This document shows, in pieces, positions 16,629 through 18,945 of a stretch of 18,945 bases of DNA. Position 1 is the stretch's first letter. The number at the start of each line of letters is the position of its first letter. The stretch spans positions 1 to 18,945 of the forward strand of contig CAXBPH010000127.1 in assembly GCA_963977445.1 (NCBI GenBank), given 5' to 3'. Made by a program: the position numbers and the translations under genes. Below the pieces are notes generated by a model. That model worked only from the letters and a program-made list of their open reading frames with translations. It was not told the DNA's origin and made no database searches. The DNA is from an uncultured bacterium. GTDB lineage: Bacteria > Hydrogenedentota > Hydrogenedentia > Hydrogenedentales > JAEUWI01.

Positions 16629-18601
16629 GAATTTCATCCGTATTTCGCCCTGTCTTACTCGTCGCATTGACGACGTTGCTTCTGCCTGCGGTTTCCCACA
16701 GTGCTGAGCGGGAACCCTGGAGCAAAGAAATAATCGATCTCTTTGCGACGATGCCCGTGCAGGATGGTGGTCGCATCAAGCCCTTCGATACCTATGCGCA
16801 GTTTACGATGCTCCAGTTGAATGGCAAACGGTCTTTCACGACCGAGCCGGCCGACGGGAGCAAGGGTGAGCGGCTGAAGCCGGTTGCCTGGATGCTTGAT
16901 GCGATTTTCTATCCGGAAATTGCGTCGGACTACAAGCACTTTATCGTGGACAACTACGACGTAATTGCGGCCATGGGGGTGCAGGCTCACGACAAGCGCC
17001 GCAGCCGGTATTCCTACAACGAGTTGGAGCCGGGGGTGGAGAAGTTGATGGCGTTGGCGCAGGAATACAACGCGGTCGACCCGAAGAAACGGGATCTGGT
17101 GCAGCAGGGTGTGCTCGACCTGACGAACAACGTATTCTTGTTTACCCAAATCATCCATTTTATGGATTTCGCGGAAGAACGTTTCACGGTGGAGGGCGAC
17201 ACGGCCCTGGCCAAGGCTTTTCCTGAGGCCGAAGGCGTGTCTATGAGCGTGACGCTGGAGCGGGCCATGAAGGTGCTGGCTGCGCTGCGGGGCAACCCCG
17301 ACAATCTTAGTGCGGATGAAGTGAATGCCGTGGTTATGGCATTCAGCACGCTGCTGGAAGACCTGGAACGTCCTGCCATGCGGGCCCAGGCCATTGCCTT
17401 GTTCCCCCCTTCCGAAGCGGACGTGGAAGAATGGCAGACACCGGCCGACGTCATGGCGGCTGCGGTTGATGAAGTGCACGGTGCACCGATTTCACTTTCG
17501 ATGCTCGGCGCCCTGGAAAAACTGCCAGCGTTGAAAGGGGATCGTCCGGCATTCACCGAGGCTTTGAACACCTTGCACAACGAAACCGTCGCCCTCGCGA
17601 AGGAACGTGGTGAATACAGCAAGATATCGCTGGAAGTGCACTATTACAAAGGGCAGTACATTTTCTATAGCCAGTGGCTCTTTGTGTTGAGCTTTCTCGT
17701 GGTGGCTATCAGTTGGCTGACGCCCCGGTCCAAGTGGATTCACTATGCGACACCTGTTGCGGTGCTGTTGCCCACCATTCTGCTGATTATCGGCATCACC
17801 CTCCGTTGCATCATTCGCGACAGGCCGCCCATCTCAACGCTGTATGAGACGATATTGTTTATTACGGCGACGGCGGTGCTGGTTTCACTCTTCATTGAGT
17901 ATGTTAATCGTCAACGTGTTGCCGTGGCCATGGCGTCTTTTCTGGGCATGGTGGGTATGTTTATCGCCTATCGCTATGAAGTGAAAGAGGGCGTGGACAC
18001 CATGCCGAGTCTGGTGGCGGTGCTTGATACGAATTTCTGGTTGGCGACCCACGTGACCATCATCAACATCGGCTATGCCGCGGGTATGCTGGCGGGCGCG
18101 ATTGCCCACGTCTATATTTTCAGCCGCCTGTTGAACTTCAAAAAAGACAACAAAGAATATTACCGCAGCCTCAATCGGATGGTCTATGGCATCTTGTGCT
18201 TTGGCCTGCTTTTCTCGACCGTCGGCACCATTCTGGGCGGCATCTGGGCCAACGACAGTTGGGGCCGTTTCTGGGGCTGGGATCCGAAAGAGAATGGCGC
18301 ACTGATGATTGTGTTGTGGAGTCTGGTTATCCTCCATGCCAAGATGGGGCGCTTCATCAAGGAATTGGGCATCTCTCAGGGCGCTATCGTCCTTGCGATG
18401 ATTGTGGCCTTTTCCTGGTGGGGTGTGAATCAACTCGGTGTGGGTCTTCACAGCTACGGGTTCACCAGTGGCATTATGAATGCCTTGGTGGTCTATTGGG
18501 GATTTGAACTGCTCGTGATTGCTCTGGGGGCGCTGGTTTGGCTGCGCGACCGGAATGATCGGGTAGGGACCCAAGGTGGAAAAGAAGTAACGGCTTCCTG
18601 A
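16625..18601 (+). CDS. ccsA: Cytochrome c biogenesis protein CcsA/ResC (System II heme lyase) with a large N-terminal periplasmic domain
   Basis: WWD motif GGIWANDSWGRFWGWDPKE, His motifs WLATHVT, VILHAK and GLHSYG, plus PPISTLYE and N-terminal QDGGRIKPFDT. ATGA overlap with resB. Confidence 0.93.
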   Translation: MRISSVFRPVLLVALTTLLLPAVSHSAEREPWSKEIIDLFATMPVQDGGRIKPFDTYAQFTMLQLNGKRSFTTEPADGSKGERLKPVAWMLDAIFYPEIASDYKHFIVDNYDVIAAMGVQAHDKRRSRYSYNELEPGVEKLMALAQEYNAVDPKKRDLVQQGVLDLTNNVFLFTQIIHFMDFAEERFTVEGDTALAKAFPEAEGVSMSVTLERAMKVLAALRGNPDNLSADEVNAVVMAFSTLLEDLERPAMRAQAIALFPPSEADVEEWQTPADVMAAAVDEVHGAPISLSMLGALEKLPALKGDRPAFTEALNTLHNETVALAKERGEYSKISLEVHYYKGQYIFYSQWLFVLSFLVVAISWLTPRSKWIHYATPVAVLLPTILLIIGITLRCIIRDRPPISTLYETILFITATAVLVSLFIEYVNRQRVAVAMASFLGMVGMFIAYRYEVKEGVDTMPSLVAVLDTNFWLATHVTIINIGYAAGMLAGAIAHVYIFSRLLNFKKDNKEYYRSLNRMVYGILCFGLLFSTVGTILGGIWANDSWGRFWGWDPKENGALMIVLWSLVILHAKMGRFIKELGISQGAIVLAMIVAFSWWGVNQLGVGLHSYGFTSGIMNALVVYWGFELLVIALGALVWLRDRNDRVGTQGGKEVTAS

Positions 18602-18623
18602 ATTAAGCCGTAACGATATATAG

Positions 18624-18670
18624 AACGGGCGGAAACGTGTAACTGCGTTTCCGCCCGTTTCGTTGTTTTT
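18624..18670 (+). terminator. Intrinsic terminator after ccsA
   Basis: 14-bp stem AACGGGCGGAAACG/CGTTTCCGCCCGTT followed by TCGTTGTTTTT. Confidence 0.85.
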
Positions 18671-18768
18671 GGGGGCAGGAAGACCGGCGTGGGTGTTCCG
18701 TTGAGTTTCACTTACCCTCGGGGGGACGGCCCCGGCGGTCGCCATCGACGTTTCATGCAGGACGACTT

Positions 18769-18945
18769 CTATTTACCACGTGGTTGACTGGGCTTCAGCC
18801 ATATTCGCTCGGCCGGTGCAGTCCCCGCGCTGCTCCGCGTAGGTGTCCCCGTGGTGGGCGTAGCTGGCGTAGGATCGACCTCGCAACTGGCGGGACAGAC
18901 ACGCTCGTCCGGGGTTGTCTGGGCTTCAGCAAGGTAGGCGAGTTC
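18769..18945 (-). CDS. Possible 3' end of a convergent gene entering from outside the window
   Basis: A minus-strand frame is open from the window edge to TAG at 18771-18769 (ELAYLAEAQTTPDERVCPAS...KPSQPRGK*). It is low-complexity and no family was recognised. Confidence 0.3.
   Translation of the reverse strand, partial: ELAYLAEAQTTPDERVCPASCEVDPTPATPTTGTPTRSSAGTAPAERIWLKPSQPRGK

Noticed and set aside
18788..18930. 12-nt direct repeat CTGGGCTTCAGC (~18788 and ~18919)
   Set aside because: Only two short copies at the window edge, with too little context to interpret.

Overview
This is a GC-rich (~60%) diderm bacterial chromosomal segment; a Hydrogenedentes/PVC-like lineage is only an impression. 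From left to right it holds the 3' end of a PqiC-like lipoprotein gene, a membrane protein and a PagL-family beta-barrel with a terminator. Next comes a housekeeping run: ftsK, a short rodZ-like gene, pgsA, alr and a YacP/Rae1 NYN RNase. A convergent intergenic gap full of small repeats follows, including a ~210-nt REPIN-like fold-back. Then come a minus-strand surface-glycan operon (DUF4330-like, O-antigen ligase/Wzy-like, MurJ-like, small membrane protein) and a PlsC/PlsB-like acyltransferase. The last unit is a System II cytochrome c maturation operon (ResB-like + CcsA) headed by an uncharacterised triple-repeat, His-rich lipoprotein. The best leads are (1) three phased NrdR-box-like sites over the ftsK promoter, (2) the triple-domain lipoprotein as a candidate unrecognised System II component, (3) the DUF4330-ligase-MurJ module and (4) apparently leaderless phospholipid genes. 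No transposase, integrase, CRISPR array, rRNA or tRNA was recognised.
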